This document shows, in pieces, positions 18,391 through 27,264 of a DNA stretch of 59,189 nt. The DNA comes from Spirochaetota bacterium. Lineage in GTDB: Bacteria; Spirochaetota; Spirochaetia; SZUA-6; Fen-1364. Position 1 is the first letter of the stretch. Each line of letters starts with the position of its first letter. Where the stretch lies: assembly GCA_026398635.1 (NCBI GenBank), contig JAPLSM010000045.1:1-59189 (forward strand). The letters are read 5' to 3'. The translations under genes and the position numbers were made by a program. The notes beneath the pieces are model-generated. The model was not told where the DNA came from, searched no databases, and worked only from the letters and a program-made list of their open reading frames with translations.

Positions 18391-18678
18391 ATGCAGGGAC
18401 AATTCGACGGTCTGGTTCAGTTCACTCGGGACTTCGGGTACGGGCTGCGCGGCGGCGGGCCCGGCTTCCCGGTCCACGGTTGGGGATTCCCGATCGGGTT
18501 CGTCATCGCAGCGCTGATCTTCGCGGGCCTCGTGGCCGCGGTGATCATCCTCTCCGTACGCCTGGCCCGCCGTGACCGGCGCCGGACGAGCGAGAGCATC
18601 GAGATCGTCAAAGTCCGCTACGCGAAGGGCGAGATCTCGAAGAACGAGTTCGAAGAGCTGAAGGAGGACCTTTCCTGA
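18391..18678 (+). CDS. SHOCT-domain membrane protein
   Basis: one TM helix then EIVKVRYAKGEISKNEFEELKEDL. Confidence 0.85.
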   Translation: MQGQFDGLVQFTRDFGYGLRGGGPGFPVHGWGFPIGFVIAALIFAGLVAAVIILSVRLARRDRRRTSESIEIVKVRYAKGEISKNEFEELKEDLS

Positions 18679-18781
18679 TCCACCGGTGACGGGCCGCCCG
18701 GGGCGCAGGCCCCGGGCGCCTGCCCGGTATGCGCTCCCGCCTCGACCGCGGTCGGGGCAGGGGCACCGCGTGCGGGGGAAT

Positions 18782-19495
18782 ATGGCAACGGTGCTGATCG
18801 CCGACGACGAACCGAAGATCGTGCGCCTCGTGGCCGGGTACCTCGAGCGGGAAGGCCACCGGACGCTGCACGCCGCGACGGGTCGGCAGGCCGTCGAGCT
18901 GTTCCGCGCGCACCACCCCGACCTCGCGGTTCTCGACGTCATGATGCCCGACCTCGACGGCATCGAGGCCGCGCGCGCCATGCTCCGCGAGGCGGACCTC
19001 CCGATCATCTTCCTCACCGCCCGGGCCGGCGAGGCCGACCGGGTCGCCGGCCTGGAGCTCGGCGCCGACGACTACGTGGTGAAGCCGTTCAGTCCCCGCG
19101 AGCTCGCGGCCCGGGTGCGCTCCGTGCTGCGCCGCACTCGCCGCGGGATCTCGGGAGCGCGGCCCCCGGTCGACGGGCCGGTGCGCATCGAGATCGGCGG
19201 CCTCGCCGTCGAGCCCGTGAAGCGCGCGGTACGCGTGGACGGGGCGCCGCGTGCGCTCACGGCCGTGCAGTTCGATCTGCTGGCCGCCCTCGCGCGTGAG
19301 CCGGGCAGGGTCTTCACCCGGGAGCAGCTGCTCGAAGCGATTCACGAGGACGCGAGCGAGGGCTACGAGCGGACCATCGACGCCCACGTGAAGAACCTGC
19401 GCCGGGCGCTCGGCGATCGCAGCGTGCGGCCCCGCTTCATCGCCACCGTGCGCGGCGTGGGCTACAAGCTCCTGGAGCCCGAGGCCGGCCCGTGA
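18782..19495 (+). CDS. OmpR-family response regulator
   Basis: IADDE, LDVMMP, FLTAR, GADDYVVKPFSPREL, RTIDAHVKNLR, TVRGVGYK. Confidence 0.95.
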   Translation: MATVLIADDEPKIVRLVAGYLEREGHRTLHAATGRQAVELFRAHHPDLAVLDVMMPDLDGIEAARAMLREADLPIIFLTARAGEADRVAGLELGADDYVVKPFSPRELAARVRSVLRRTRRGISGARPPVDGPVRIEIGGLAVEPVKRAVRVDGAPRALTAVQFDLLAALAREPGRVFTREQLLEAIHEDASEGYERTIDAHVKNLRRALGDRSVRPRFIATVRGVGYKLLEPEAGP

Positions 19496-20937
19496 GCCTC
19501 CGCACGAGGCTGCTTCTCCTGCTCACCGGCGTCGTGGTCGGCGCGGCGCTCGCCAGCATGGGGGCGGTACGCTTCGCGGCCGGAGCCCGGTTCCGAACCT
19601 TCGTGAGCGCGGGGGACGCGCAGCGGGCCGAGGAGTACGCGCTCCTGCTCGCGGCGTTCTACGACATGCATGGCTCATGGGACGGCGTGCAGGACATTTT
19701 GGGCGAAATGGGCCCGGGCGGACGCGCGGGCATGGGCGGGATGATGCGCGAACCGCGGATGGGCGGCCCCGGCCGGCTCGGCTCCCCGATGGCCGGCGCC
19801 CGGTCGCGCCTCGTCCTCCTGGACCGTGACGGCACCGTGGTCGCCGACAGCCTCCGGGAGCTGCTCGGAAGCCGGCGCCCGGCCACCAGCGCGTCTGCGG
19901 GTGTCGCGGTCGTGGGCCGCGAGGGCACGGTGGGCACCCTGTTCGTGGGCACCATGCTGGAGCCCGGTCTGGCCGCCTCGGACGCTGCGTTCCTCGCCTC
20001 GGTCACGCGGGCGATCGTCGCGGCCACCGTGCTCGCGGCGGCCGCCGCCCTCGTGGCCGGCCTCTTCGCGGTTCGCCGACTTACGCAGCCCGTCGCCGAG
20101 CTGACCCGGGCGGCCGAGCGCGCCGGGGCCGGCGACCTCGACGTGCGGGTGGCCGTGCGCGGCCGCGATGAGATCGCCCGGCTCGCCGGCACCTTCAACC
20201 GGATGACCGAGGCCCTCCGGGACCAGGAGGAGGGCCGACGGCGCATGATCGCGGACTCGGCGCACGAGCTGCGCACGCCGGTCAGCCTCATCCAGGGCAC
20301 GGTGGAAGCCATGCTCGACGGCGTCTACCCGCCCGACCGGTCGACCCTCGAGGGGCTGCACGAGGAGACCCTCCGCCTCTCGCGGCTCGTGGAGGATCTG
20401 AACGAGCTGTCGCTGCTCGAGTCCGGTACCTTCGCGCTGGCGATCGAGGACACCGATCTCGCCGAGATTGCGCGAAGCGAGGCCGGGCGCTTCGCGGCCA
20501 GGGCGGCGGAGCAGGGCGTGTCCGTCGCGGTGGAATCCGCGGCCAGCCTGCCGCGCGTGGCCGTGGACCGCCTGCGCATCGGCCAGGTGATCGCCAACCT
20601 GCTCGGCAACGCGCTCCGCCACACGCCGCGCAGCGGAGCGATCGCGGTGCGCCTCGAGGCGCCGGGGGGCGGCCGGCTCAGGCTGGCCGTCGAGGACTCC
20701 GGTCCCGGCATCCCCGAAGCCGAGTGGGCGAGGGTGTTCGAGCGCTACTACCGTGTGGACAGGGCCCGGGCGGCGGCCGAGGGCGGGCGTGGGCTGGGCC
20801 TGGCGATCGCGGCGGGCATCGTAAAGGCGCACGGAGGCACGATGCACGCCGGCGCCTCTGCGGCTTTGGGCGGAGCCATGGTCGTCATGGAACTTCCGGC
20901 TCCCCGCCTTGACGCTGCGGCGCCCGCACCGTTATAG
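19492..20937 (+). CDS. HAMP sensor histidine kinase (BaeS-like)
   Basis: 2 TM helices, HAMP, AHELRTP, NLLGNALRH, DSGPGIP, RVFERYYR, GLGLAI; GTGA overlap with the regulator stop. Confidence 0.95.
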   Translation: MSLRTRLLLLLTGVVVGAALASMGAVRFAAGARFRTFVSAGDAQRAEEYALLLAAFYDMHGSWDGVQDILGEMGPGGRAGMGGMMREPRMGGPGRLGSPMAGARSRLVLLDRDGTVVADSLRELLGSRRPATSASAGVAVVGREGTVGTLFVGTMLEPGLAASDAAFLASVTRAIVAATVLAAAAALVAGLFAVRRLTQPVAELTRAAERAGAGDLDVRVAVRGRDEIARLAGTFNRMTEALRDQEEGRRRMIADSAHELRTPVSLIQGTVEAMLDGVYPPDRSTLEGLHEETLRLSRLVEDLNELSLLESGTFALAIEDTDLAEIARSEAGRFAARAAEQGVSVAVESAASLPRVAVDRLRIGQVIANLLGNALRHTPRSGAIAVRLEAPGGGRLRLAVEDSGPGIPEAEWARVFERYYRVDRARAAAEGGRGLGLAIAAGIVKAHGGTMHAGASAALGGAMVVMELPAPRLDAAAPAPL

Positions 20938-20938
20938 T
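20909..20938 (+). promoter_or_regulatory. near-consensus sigma70 promoter for the 21016 gene
   Basis: TTGACG-N18-TATAGT. Confidence 0.6.
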
Positions 20939-21015
20939 CCGTCCGTCACGCGGGGCGTGGCCGCCCGCGCCGGGTCGCGGAGAGGTCGCCTGCCCCCCGG
21001 GCCCCAGGAGGAACC

Positions 21016-21294
21016 ATGTCGAAAGGCCATCGCGGGAAGGGCATCAAGAGCCTCGTGAAGCACGGGCGCGCCGCCTGCCCCGTGTGCAAGAGGACCGCGG
21101 TGAAGGTGCTCTACGAGGTCACGATCAAGGAGAAGACGGTCAAGGTCTGCAAGACCTGCAAGGCCGCCCTCGCGAACGGCACGTTCAAGAAAAAAGCCGA
21201 CGCCCCCGTTCCCGCGCCCGCACCGGAATCCGCGCCCGCCCCCGTTCCCGCGCCCGTTCCCGCACCCGCACCGGAATCCGCACCCGCGACCTAG
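21016..21294 (+). CDS. small basic zinc-ribbon protein (CxxC-x20-CxxC) with a Pro/Ala-rich tail
   Basis: AGGAGG RBS; CPVC and CKTC; Lys-rich; tail built from tandem CCCGTTCCCGCG/CACCGGAATCCGC repeats. Confidence 0.8.
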   Translation: MSKGHRGKGIKSLVKHGRAACPVCKRTAVKVLYEVTIKEKTVKVCKTCKAALANGTFKKKADAPVPAPAPESAPAPVPAPVPAPAPESAPAT

Positions 21295-21325
21295 CGCCGA
21301 CCCCGTCCGACAGCGCCCCGCGGCT

Positions 21326-21523
21326 TTAGTCCCGTCCCGTTTTGTCGGGCCCGTCGCCGCCGTGCGTGCGGCCCCGGCCGAAGAGGCGCGCCACGAGCCA
21401 CGCGACCCTCGCAATCGACGAGACGAAGCCGGCTGCAGCGCCCACGGCTGCGAGCACGACGAGGAACGCGATGCCGATCTTTGCCGCAATGGAGAGGGAG
21501 TCGAACCAGGCGGAGAGGGTCAC
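21326..21523 (-). CDS. small membrane protein (65 aa)
   Basis: GTG start 18 nt after the RHH stop; one long hydrophobic segment. Confidence 0.5.
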   Translation of the reverse strand: MTLSAWFDSLSIAAKIGIAFLVVLAAVGAAAGFVSSIARVAWLVARLFGRGRTHGGDGPDKTGRD

Positions 21524-21541
21524 GGCGGACCCGCCGTCGCG

Positions 21542-21856
21542 CTACGCCTTGGTCTTCGACGTGCGGGGAGAAGCGCTGCCCCGTGCCGTGCGCGCCGGCC
21601 GACGGGCGGCCTTCCCCGTCGTCTTCCGCGGGGATTTCTTCAGGCTCTTTTTCGCGCCCTTCTTCCCCCCCCGCTTCGCGGACGCTGCGCGACGCTTCGC
21701 GCCGGTCGTACGCGGCCTGCCGCGGCGACCCTCGCCGACCTCGCGCGCGAGCAGTCGGACGATGGCTTCCTCCATGCTGACCTTGCGGTCGCGGCATGCC
21801 TGCTTGAATTTCCGATGCACCCCACCGGGAACCTTGCGAATGAGTATGCTTCCCAT
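21542..21856 (-). CDS. FitA/Arc-like ribbon-helix-helix protein with an AT-hook and a Lys/Arg-rich histone-H1-like tail
   Basis: MGSILIRKVP..VHRKFKQAC.....SMEEAIVRLL RHH pattern; RRGRPR; KKGAKKSLKKSPRK. Confidence 0.75.
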   Translation of the reverse strand: MGSILIRKVPGGVHRKFKQACRDRKVSMEEAIVRLLAREVGEGRRGRPRTTGAKRRAASAKRGGKKGAKKSLKKSPRKTTGKAARRPARTARGSASPRTSKTKA

Positions 21857-21948
21857 GCTTAGCATGGTAGCATGGGACCGCGTGACCGTCAAGCACCGCG
21901 CGGGGCTGCCCGCCGCTGCTTAGCATCGTTCGCGTTGATGCTAAGCAG
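21854..21948 (-). promoter_or_regulatory. leaderless promoter and TGCTTAGCA palindromic operators of the RHH gene
   Basis: TTGACG(21892-21887)-N17-TACCAT(21869-21864)-7nt-ATG; CATGCTTAGCATG covers the start; perfect 12-bp inverted repeat CTGCTTAGCATC-N9-GATGCTAAGCAG at 21916-21948. Confidence 0.7.
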
Positions 21949-22521
21949 TCACGCCGGGTATCGGTCGATGCACGCCAGCTCGTCCGCGGGCCTCCGCTGC
22001 GGCCGCACGAGCTCGCCGGCCCGCTGCTTTTCGGAGAGCAGCGGCGACGGTTCGGCGGACCGGCGGCCCACGATGACCAGGCTGACGACGGACATGCCCT
22101 CGGGCGCTCCCACCGCCTCCGCGGCCGTGCTCTCGGAGTAGCCGGCGATGGGATGGGCCACGAGGCCCGCTTCGGTCAGCAGCAGCTGCAGGTACGCCGT
22201 GGCCATGCCCGTGTCGAAGAGGAAGTACTCGCGGGCCGGACGGTCCGGGGATTCGGTGACGCAGTCGAGGTCGCGCCGGCTTAAGACCGCCACGATCATG
22301 GGCGCCGCCTGCGCCCACGCGTTGCCCCTGCTCAGCGCGGCTTTCACGGCCGCGAGCGGCCCGGCCGAGCGGACGAACACGAACCGCCAGGGCTGGTTGT
22401 TGAAACACGAGGGCGCCAGGCGCACCCGCTCCATGACGTCATGTACCAGCGTCTCGGGAACGGGGTCCGGATCGAACGAGCGATAGGCGCGCCTCGCGTC
22501 GATGGCTTCTTTCAGCTCCAT
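21949..22521 (-). CDS. nitroreductase family protein
   Basis: AIDARRAYRSF, LAPSCFNNQPWRFV, FDTGMA...LQL...GL.AHPIAGY; promoter TTGACC-N17-TACGCT 8 nt upstream. Confidence 0.92.
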   Translation of the reverse strand: MELKEAIDARRAYRSFDPDPVPETLVHDVMERVRLAPSCFNNQPWRFVFVRSAGPLAAVKAALSRGNAWAQAAPMIVAVLSRRDLDCVTESPDRPAREYFLFDTGMATAYLQLLLTEAGLVAHPIAGYSESTAAEAVGAPEGMSVVSLVIVGRRSAEPSPLLSEKQRAGELVRPQRRPADELACIDRYPA

Positions 22522-22640
22522 GGGCACGGAGCGTACGGACGGCACAGGGTCCGGTCAAGGCCAGCCCAGCCCTGCTGGTCGGGCCGGGCGTCGTCTGCTA
22601 CACTCGGCGCAAGCCGGATCCCCCGGACCCGGAGGTGTCG

Positions 22641-22802
22641 ATGCTGCGTGCAGAGGTTATCGTGCCCATGGAGATTCCCTTCGTTGGAGACGATGCCCGT
22701 GGCGACCGGGCCGGCTTCGGCTTGTGCACCGGAGGCTGGCCTGAAACGTACGAGGGCTGGCGACGGCTAGCCTGGACCATGGGCAGGGAGGTGACGGAAT
22801 GA
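22641..22802 (+). CDS. 53-aa small protein MLRAEVIVPMEIPFVGDDARGDRAGFGLCTGGWPETYEGWRRLAWTMGREVTE (not in ORF track)
   Basis: GGAGGTG RBS; TACACT -10 upstream (~22599-22604); ATGA overlap with the 22799 gene. Confidence 0.55.
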   Translation: MLRAEVIVPMEIPFVGDDARGDRAGFGLCTGGWPETYEGWRRLAWTMGREVTE

Positions 22803-23251
22803 CCGAGCCCGTGTTCGTAGCGCTGCTTATAGCCGACCGGGTCATCAGCGAGGACAACGGCAAGAAGGGAATCATCGGCACCTTCACGCAGTTCAATGCA
22901 TTGCAGTTCCCCGCGAGGTTCCCGCCCTGGTTCGTCTACGCGGCGGTCACCAATCTCGTGGACGACCACTCGTTCTCGCTGAACATGGTGAACGACGAGA
23001 CGCAGCAGGTCGTGTTCTCCGCAGCGGGGCAGTTCAAGGTGGACCAGCCGCGCAAGGTGGTGGAGCTGGTGGTCCCGATGCTGAACGTCGTGTTCCCGGC
23101 CCCCGGCACCTACAACCTGCTCTTCAACGTCGACGGCGCGCAGATCGGGTCGCGCCTGCTCGAGGCCGCGAAGGTCGAGGCGCCGCAGCATCCGGGGATG
23201 CCGGGGCAGCCGTTCGGCCCGCAGCCGGGACCGCGGACGGACGGGAACTGA
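22799..23251 (+). CDS. DUF6941-like conserved protein
   Basis: LLIADRVI..DNGK.GIIG.F....FPA.FP and NVVFPAPGTY...VDG pattern; GGAGGTG RBS. Confidence 0.7.
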   Translation: MTEPVFVALLIADRVISEDNGKKGIIGTFTQFNALQFPARFPPWFVYAAVTNLVDDHSFSLNMVNDETQQVVFSAAGQFKVDQPRKVVELVVPMLNVVFPAPGTYNLLFNVDGAQIGSRLLEAAKVEAPQHPGMPGQPFGPQPGPRTDGN

Positions 23252-23436
23252 CCGGTTCGGCAGGACACCGCGCCGCAGCCGTGCGATCTTGAAGTTCCTG
23301 ATGCCGAAGCCCCGGACGTCGAAGGAGAACCCGACGGCCTGCCCGGTTCGATCCGTGACAGGAGCCGGGCGCGGCGCTCCAGCAGCGCCAAGTATTGACA
23401 AAAGGACCGCCTTTGTACATATTTATTTTCCGCGCG

Positions 23437-23510
23437 GTGGGTGTAGTTCAATTGGTTAGAGCGCCAGACTGTGGATCTGGAAGTTGTGGGTTCAAGTCCC
23501 ATCACCCACC
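23437..23510 (+). tRNA. tRNA-His(GTG)
   Basis: GTGGGTG/CACCCAC acceptor stem, G-1 and C73, anticodon arm CCAGA-CT-GTG-GA-TCTGG, GTTCAAGTCC T-loop. Confidence 0.95.
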
Positions 23511-23575
23511 CATGGCCGGCGCTCCTGAGCACCCGCGGAGGCGGAAGCCGGGCGGGGCGGGGGGACCGCTCCGAT

Positions 23576-23649
23576 GCGTCCGTAGCTCAGCTGGATAGAG
23601 CGCCGGGCTTCGAACCCGTAGGCCGCAGGTTCGAGTCCTGCCGGACGCG
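23576..23649 (+). tRNA. tRNA-Arg(TCG)
   Basis: GCGTCCG/CGGACGC stem, anticodon loop CTTCGAA, GTTCGAGTCC. Confidence 0.95.
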
Positions 23650-23662
23650 CGTTTGACAACAC

Positions 23663-23735
23663 GGGCCGCTAGCTCAGTTGGTAGAGCAGAAGACTCTTAA
23701 TCTTCGGGTCGCAGGTTCGAGTCCTGCGCGGCTCA
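23663..23735 (+). tRNA. tRNA-Lys(CTT)
   Basis: GGGCCGC/GCGGCTC stem, GAAGA-CTCTTAA-TCTTC anticodon arm. Confidence 0.95.
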
Positions 23736-23790
23736 AGGCGATGGGCTCCGGTCAGCTTGACGGTGCCGAAGGGCCCATGCTACTTTCCTG

Positions 23791-23873
23791 GCGAGAGTGG
23801 TGGAACCTGGCAGACACGCCAGACTTAGGATCTGGTGCCGAAAGGCTTGAGGGTTCGAATCCCTTCTCTCGCA
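23791..23873 (+). tRNA. tRNA-Leu(TAG)
   Basis: GCGAGAG/CTCTCGC stem, CCAGA-CTTAGGA-TCTGG, long variable arm GCCGAAAGGC; own promoter TTGACG-N18-TACTTT at 23757-23786. Confidence 0.95.
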
Positions 23874-23887
23874 TTGGGAGAGGTTGT

Positions 23888-23960
23888 GCGGGAATAGCTC
23901 AGTTGGTAGAGCTCCACCTTGCCAAGGTGGACGTCGCGGGTTCAAGTCCCGTTTCCCGCT
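23888..23960 (+). tRNA. tRNA-Gly(GCC)
   Basis: GCGGGAA/TTCCCGC stem, CCACC-TTGCCAA-GGTGG. Confidence 0.95.
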
Positions 23961-23965
23961 CGTGG

Positions 23966-24001
23966 AAAGGCGACCAGGATCGGCTCCGGGTCGCCTTTTT
24001 T
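23966..24001 (+). terminator. intrinsic terminator after the tRNA cluster
   Basis: AAAGGCGACC...GGTCGCCTTTTTT hairpin plus U-tract. Confidence 0.8.
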
Positions 24002-24033
24002 AGCGTTCAGCGACAATCGACGAGGTGGCCGGA

Positions 24034-25380
24034 GTGAACACGACCAGGGAAGTGACGCTGCTCGACAACGCGCAGGTGAGGATGCGCATCACCGTGCCGG
24101 GCGACGAGGTGCGCCGGGAGTACGATGCGATCGTGCGCGAGTACTGCGAGCACGCGCACCTCAAGGGGTTCCGGAAGGGGCGGGTGCCCGCCGACGTCAT
24201 GATCCGCAAGTTGGGCCCTTCTCTGGCCGACCAGACTAGAGCCCAGGTGCTCGAGAAGGCCGTCCAGGAGGCCTTCGAGCACGCCGAGCAGAAGCCGTTC
24301 CCCTACGCGAACCCCGACGTAAAGGCGGACGAGGCGATCGAGCCGGGGAAGGACTGGATCTTCGAAGTCATCTACGACACGTTCCCCGTGGTCGAGCTCG
24401 GCCCCTACACGGGCCTCGAGATCGAAGAGCCGTCCTGGCAGGTGGACGACGAGGACATCGGCCGCGAGCTGAAGTCGGTGCAGGAGCAGAACGCGCTGTT
24501 CACGGACAAGGAGCCGGCCGTTATCGCGAAGGGCGACATCGCGAACATCGACCACGTGGAGTTCGAGGCCGGGGCCGAAAAGACGGTCACCCGGCGGCAG
24601 GCGTTCGTGTTCGAGGTCGGCACGGGCTACAACTACTACCGCATCGACGACGAGATCGTCGGCATGGCGAAGGGCGAGACCCGGGACATCACGAAGGTCT
24701 ACCCCGCGGACGCGGAGAACACGGACCTCACGAACCGCAGCGTGACGCTCCGCGTCACGGTCAACTCGGTGAAGGAGAAGCGCCTGCCCGAGCTGAACGA
24801 CGAGCTCGCCCAGGACATCAGCGAGAAGTTCAAGACCCTCGACGACCTGAAGGCCGACATCCGCGCGAAGCTCGAGGCAGCGGTGAAGGCAACGCTCCGC
24901 GCCGCCTCGATCAACACGGTGCTCTCCCGGGTGGTGGAGTCCTCGAAGATCCCCCTGCCCCGGAGCCTGGTTGAGTACCAGCTCGACTCGATGTGGCGCG
25001 ACTACGTGCGCGAGACCCGGCTCGACGAGCGGCGCCTCGTGGAGCTGCTCGCCGCGCAGGGCCGGGACCCCGCGGCGATGCGCACCGAGATGACCCCGGC
25101 AGCGGAGCAGCGCGCGCGCCTCCAGCTCGTGATCAGCGAGGTCTCGAAGCGCGAGCAGGTCGGCGTGGAGGAGGCGGAGGTCGAGGCCGAGATCGGCCGG
25201 CTGGCCGAAGCCCGGCGACTCGAGGTGAAGGAGCTGAAGGAGAACCTCGCGAAAAACGACCTCATCGACACCCTGGCGGGCAACCTTCGCCTGGAGAAAC
25301 TCTACGACCACATCCTGTCGAAGTCAGTCACGAAAAAAACGGGGACGAAGAAAGTATTGGACATCCTGCGGGGCGCTTGA
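24034..25380 (+). CDS. tig: trigger factor
   Basis: GFRKGRVP ribosome-binding motif, FKBP-like middle, [11 protein letters not shown]; start GTG 24034 (alternative 24025). Confidence 0.95.
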   Translation: MNTTREVTLLDNAQVRMRITVPGDEVRREYDAIVREYCEHAHLKGFRKGRVPADVMIRKLGPSLADQTRAQVLEKAVQEAFEHAEQKPFPYANPDVKADEAIEPGKDWIFEVIYDTFPVVELGPYTGLEIEEPSWQVDDEDIGRELKSVQEQNALFTDKEPAVIAKGDIANIDHVEFEAGAEKTVTRRQAFVFEVGTGYNYYRIDDEIVGMAKGETRDITKVYPADAENTDLTNRSVTLRVTVNSVKEKRLPELNDELAQDISEKFKTLDDLKADIRAKLEAAVKATLRAASINTVLSRVVESSKIPLPRSLVEYQLDSMWRDYVRETRLDERRLVELLAAQGRDPAAMRTEMTPAAEQRARLQLVISEVSKREQVGVEEAEVEAEIGRLAEARRLEVKELKENLAKNDLIDTLAGNLRLEKLYDHILSKSVTKKTGTKKVLDILRGA

Positions 25381-25409
25381 GTATGCTTGGAGCAGGGGAT
25401 CCCCGGGAT

Positions 25410-26030
25410 ATGGACGAGAAATCAAGCGGCCTCGTGCCGATCGTCATCGAGCAGACCGGCCGGGGCGAGCGCAGCTACGACATCTTCTCGCGCCTGCTGA
25501 AGGACCGCATTGTGTTCGTCGATGGCGAGATCTACGACGTCACGGCGGACCTCGTGGTGGCGCAGCTGCTCTTCCTCGAGAGCCAGGACCCCGAGAAAGA
25601 CATCCACCTCTACATCAATTCGCCGGGCGGCAGCGTCACGGCCGGCCTCGCCATCTACGACACGATCCAGTACCTGAAGCCGGCCGTGCAGACCATCTGC
25701 CTCGGCCAGGCCGCCTCGATGGGCGCGTTGCTGCTCGCCTGCGGCACCCATGGCAAGAGAGCCGCGCTGCCCTCCGCGCGCATCCTCATCCACCAGCCGT
25801 GGGGTGGCGTCTCGGGTCAGGCCGTCGACATCGGCATCCAGGCCCGGGAGCTCGTGAGGATCAAGCGCCTGATCGTGCAGTACTTCGCCGAGCACGCCGG
25901 AAAGTCGCCCGAGAACGTCGAGCGGGACCTGGAGCGGGACTTCTACATGTCCGCCGAAGAGGCGCTGCAGTACGGGATCATCGACAAGATCCTCAAGCGG
26001 GTGAAGAATGGCGAAGTCGCCAAAAAGTGA
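25410..26030 (+). CDS. clpP: ATP-dependent Clp protease proteolytic subunit
   Basis: [37 protein letters not shown]. Confidence 0.97.
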   Translation: MDEKSSGLVPIVIEQTGRGERSYDIFSRLLKDRIVFVDGEIYDVTADLVVAQLLFLESQDPEKDIHLYINSPGGSVTAGLAIYDTIQYLKPAVQTICLGQAASMGALLLACGTHGKRAALPSARILIHQPWGGVSGQAVDIGIQARELVRIKRLIVQYFAEHAGKSPENVERDLERDFYMSAEEALQYGIIDKILKRVKNGEVAKK

Positions 26031-27264
26031 CCCGGGCTTCAAGGTCTGCTCGTTCTGCGGCAAGAGCGCGGACGTGGCGCGCCGGCTCATCGCCGGGCCC
26101 GGCGTGTTCATCTGCGACGAGTGCGTGCACGTCTGCAAGAAGATCCTCGACGACGAGGAGGAGCACCTCAGCGTCGAGTTCACCGAGGACATCCCCAAGC
26201 CGCGCGAGATCAAGGCGTACCTCGACGGCTACGTGATCGCCCAGGAGCAGGCCAAGCGGACGCTCTCGGTGGCGGTCTACAACCACTACAAGCGGATCGC
26301 CCTCGGGCACAAGGTGGCCGACGAGGTGGAGCTGGAGAAGTCGAACGTCCTGCTGATCGGGCCGACCGGCACGGGGAAGACCCTGCTCGCGCGCACGCTG
26401 GCGCGGAAACTCCGGGTGCCGTTCGCCATCGCCGACGCCACCACGCTGACCGAGGCCGGCTACGTGGGCGAGGACGTCGAGAACATCCTCCTGAAGCTCA
26501 TCCAGAACGCGGGCAACAGCATCCCCGCGGCCGAGCGCGGCATCGTCTACATCGACGAGATCGACAAGATCGCCCGCAAGACCGGCGACAACCCCTCGAT
26601 CACCCGCGACGTCTCGGGCGAGGGCGTGCAGCAGGCGCTGCTGAAGATCATCGAGGGCACCGTGGCCTCGGTGCCGCCGCAGGGCGGGCGCAAGCACCCC
26701 AACCAGGAGATGCTGCGCATCGACACCTCGAACATCCTCTTCATCTGCGGCGGCGCCTTCGTCGGCCTCGAGAAGGTGGTGGAGGCGCGCACGGTGGTGC
26801 ACCCCCTCGGCTTCGGCGCGGACGTGAAGGGCGCGAAGGAGAAGAACCTCGTCGAGCTCTATGCCCAACTGCAGCCCGACGACCTGATCAAGTACGGCCT
26901 CATCCCCGAGTTCGTCGGGCGCCTCCCGATCGTGGTTGCCCTCGAGGAGCTGGACGCGGACGCGCTGCGCCGCATCGTCAGCGAGCCGCGCAACGCCATT
27001 CTCAAGCAGTACCAGGCCTCGTTCAAGCTCGACCATGTGGAGCTGGAGTTCACCCCGGCGGCCGTGGAGGCCATCGCCCGGCGCGCCATGGACATGAAGA
27101 CCGGGGCGCGCGGCCTGCGCGCCATTGTCGAGGCGCTCATGATGGACGTGATGTTCGACATCCCCTCGCTCTCGGACGCCCGGCGCGTCCTCGTGACCGA
27201 GGAGGTGGTGCTCCAGACCGCCAAGCCTGAGATCGTCTTCGGGAGCCAGAAAAAGACCGCATGA
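26008..27264 (+). CDS. clpX: ClpX ATPase
   Basis: CSFCG..ICDEC Zn finger, [30 protein letters not shown] loop. Confidence 0.97.
   Translation: MAKSPKSDPGFKVCSFCGKSADVARRLIAGPGVFICDECVHVCKKILDDEEEHLSVEFTEDIPKPREIKAYLDGYVIAQEQAKRTLSVAVYNHYKRIALGHKVADEVELEKSNVLLIGPTGTGKTLLARTLARKLRVPFAIADATTLTEAGYVGEDVENILLKLIQNAGNSIPAAERGIVYIDEIDKIARKTGDNPSITRDVSGEGVQQALLKIIEGTVASVPPQGGRKHPNQEMLRIDTSNILFICGGAFVGLEKVVEARTVVHPLGFGADVKGAKEKNLVELYAQLQPDDLIKYGLIPEFVGRLPIVVALEELDADALRRIVSEPRNAILKQYQASFKLDHVELEFTPAAVEAIARRAMDMKTGARGLRAIVEALMMDVMFDIPSLSDARRVLVTEEVVLQTAKPEIVFGSQKKTA

Noticed and set aside
21200-21290. CRISPR-like repeats
   Set aside because: Short in-frame tandem repeats encoding a Pro/Ala tail, with no spacers and no cas genes
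22605-22790. 6S RNA or known riboswitch
   Set aside because: It has stems, but no consensus of TPP, SAM, cobalamin, lysine or c-di-AMP switches and no long 6S-like closing stem; an RBS-led coupled ORF explains it better
23437-23960. Integrated element or prophage at the tRNA cluster
   Set aside because: No integrase and no duplicated tRNA 3' end (att site) seen in the window
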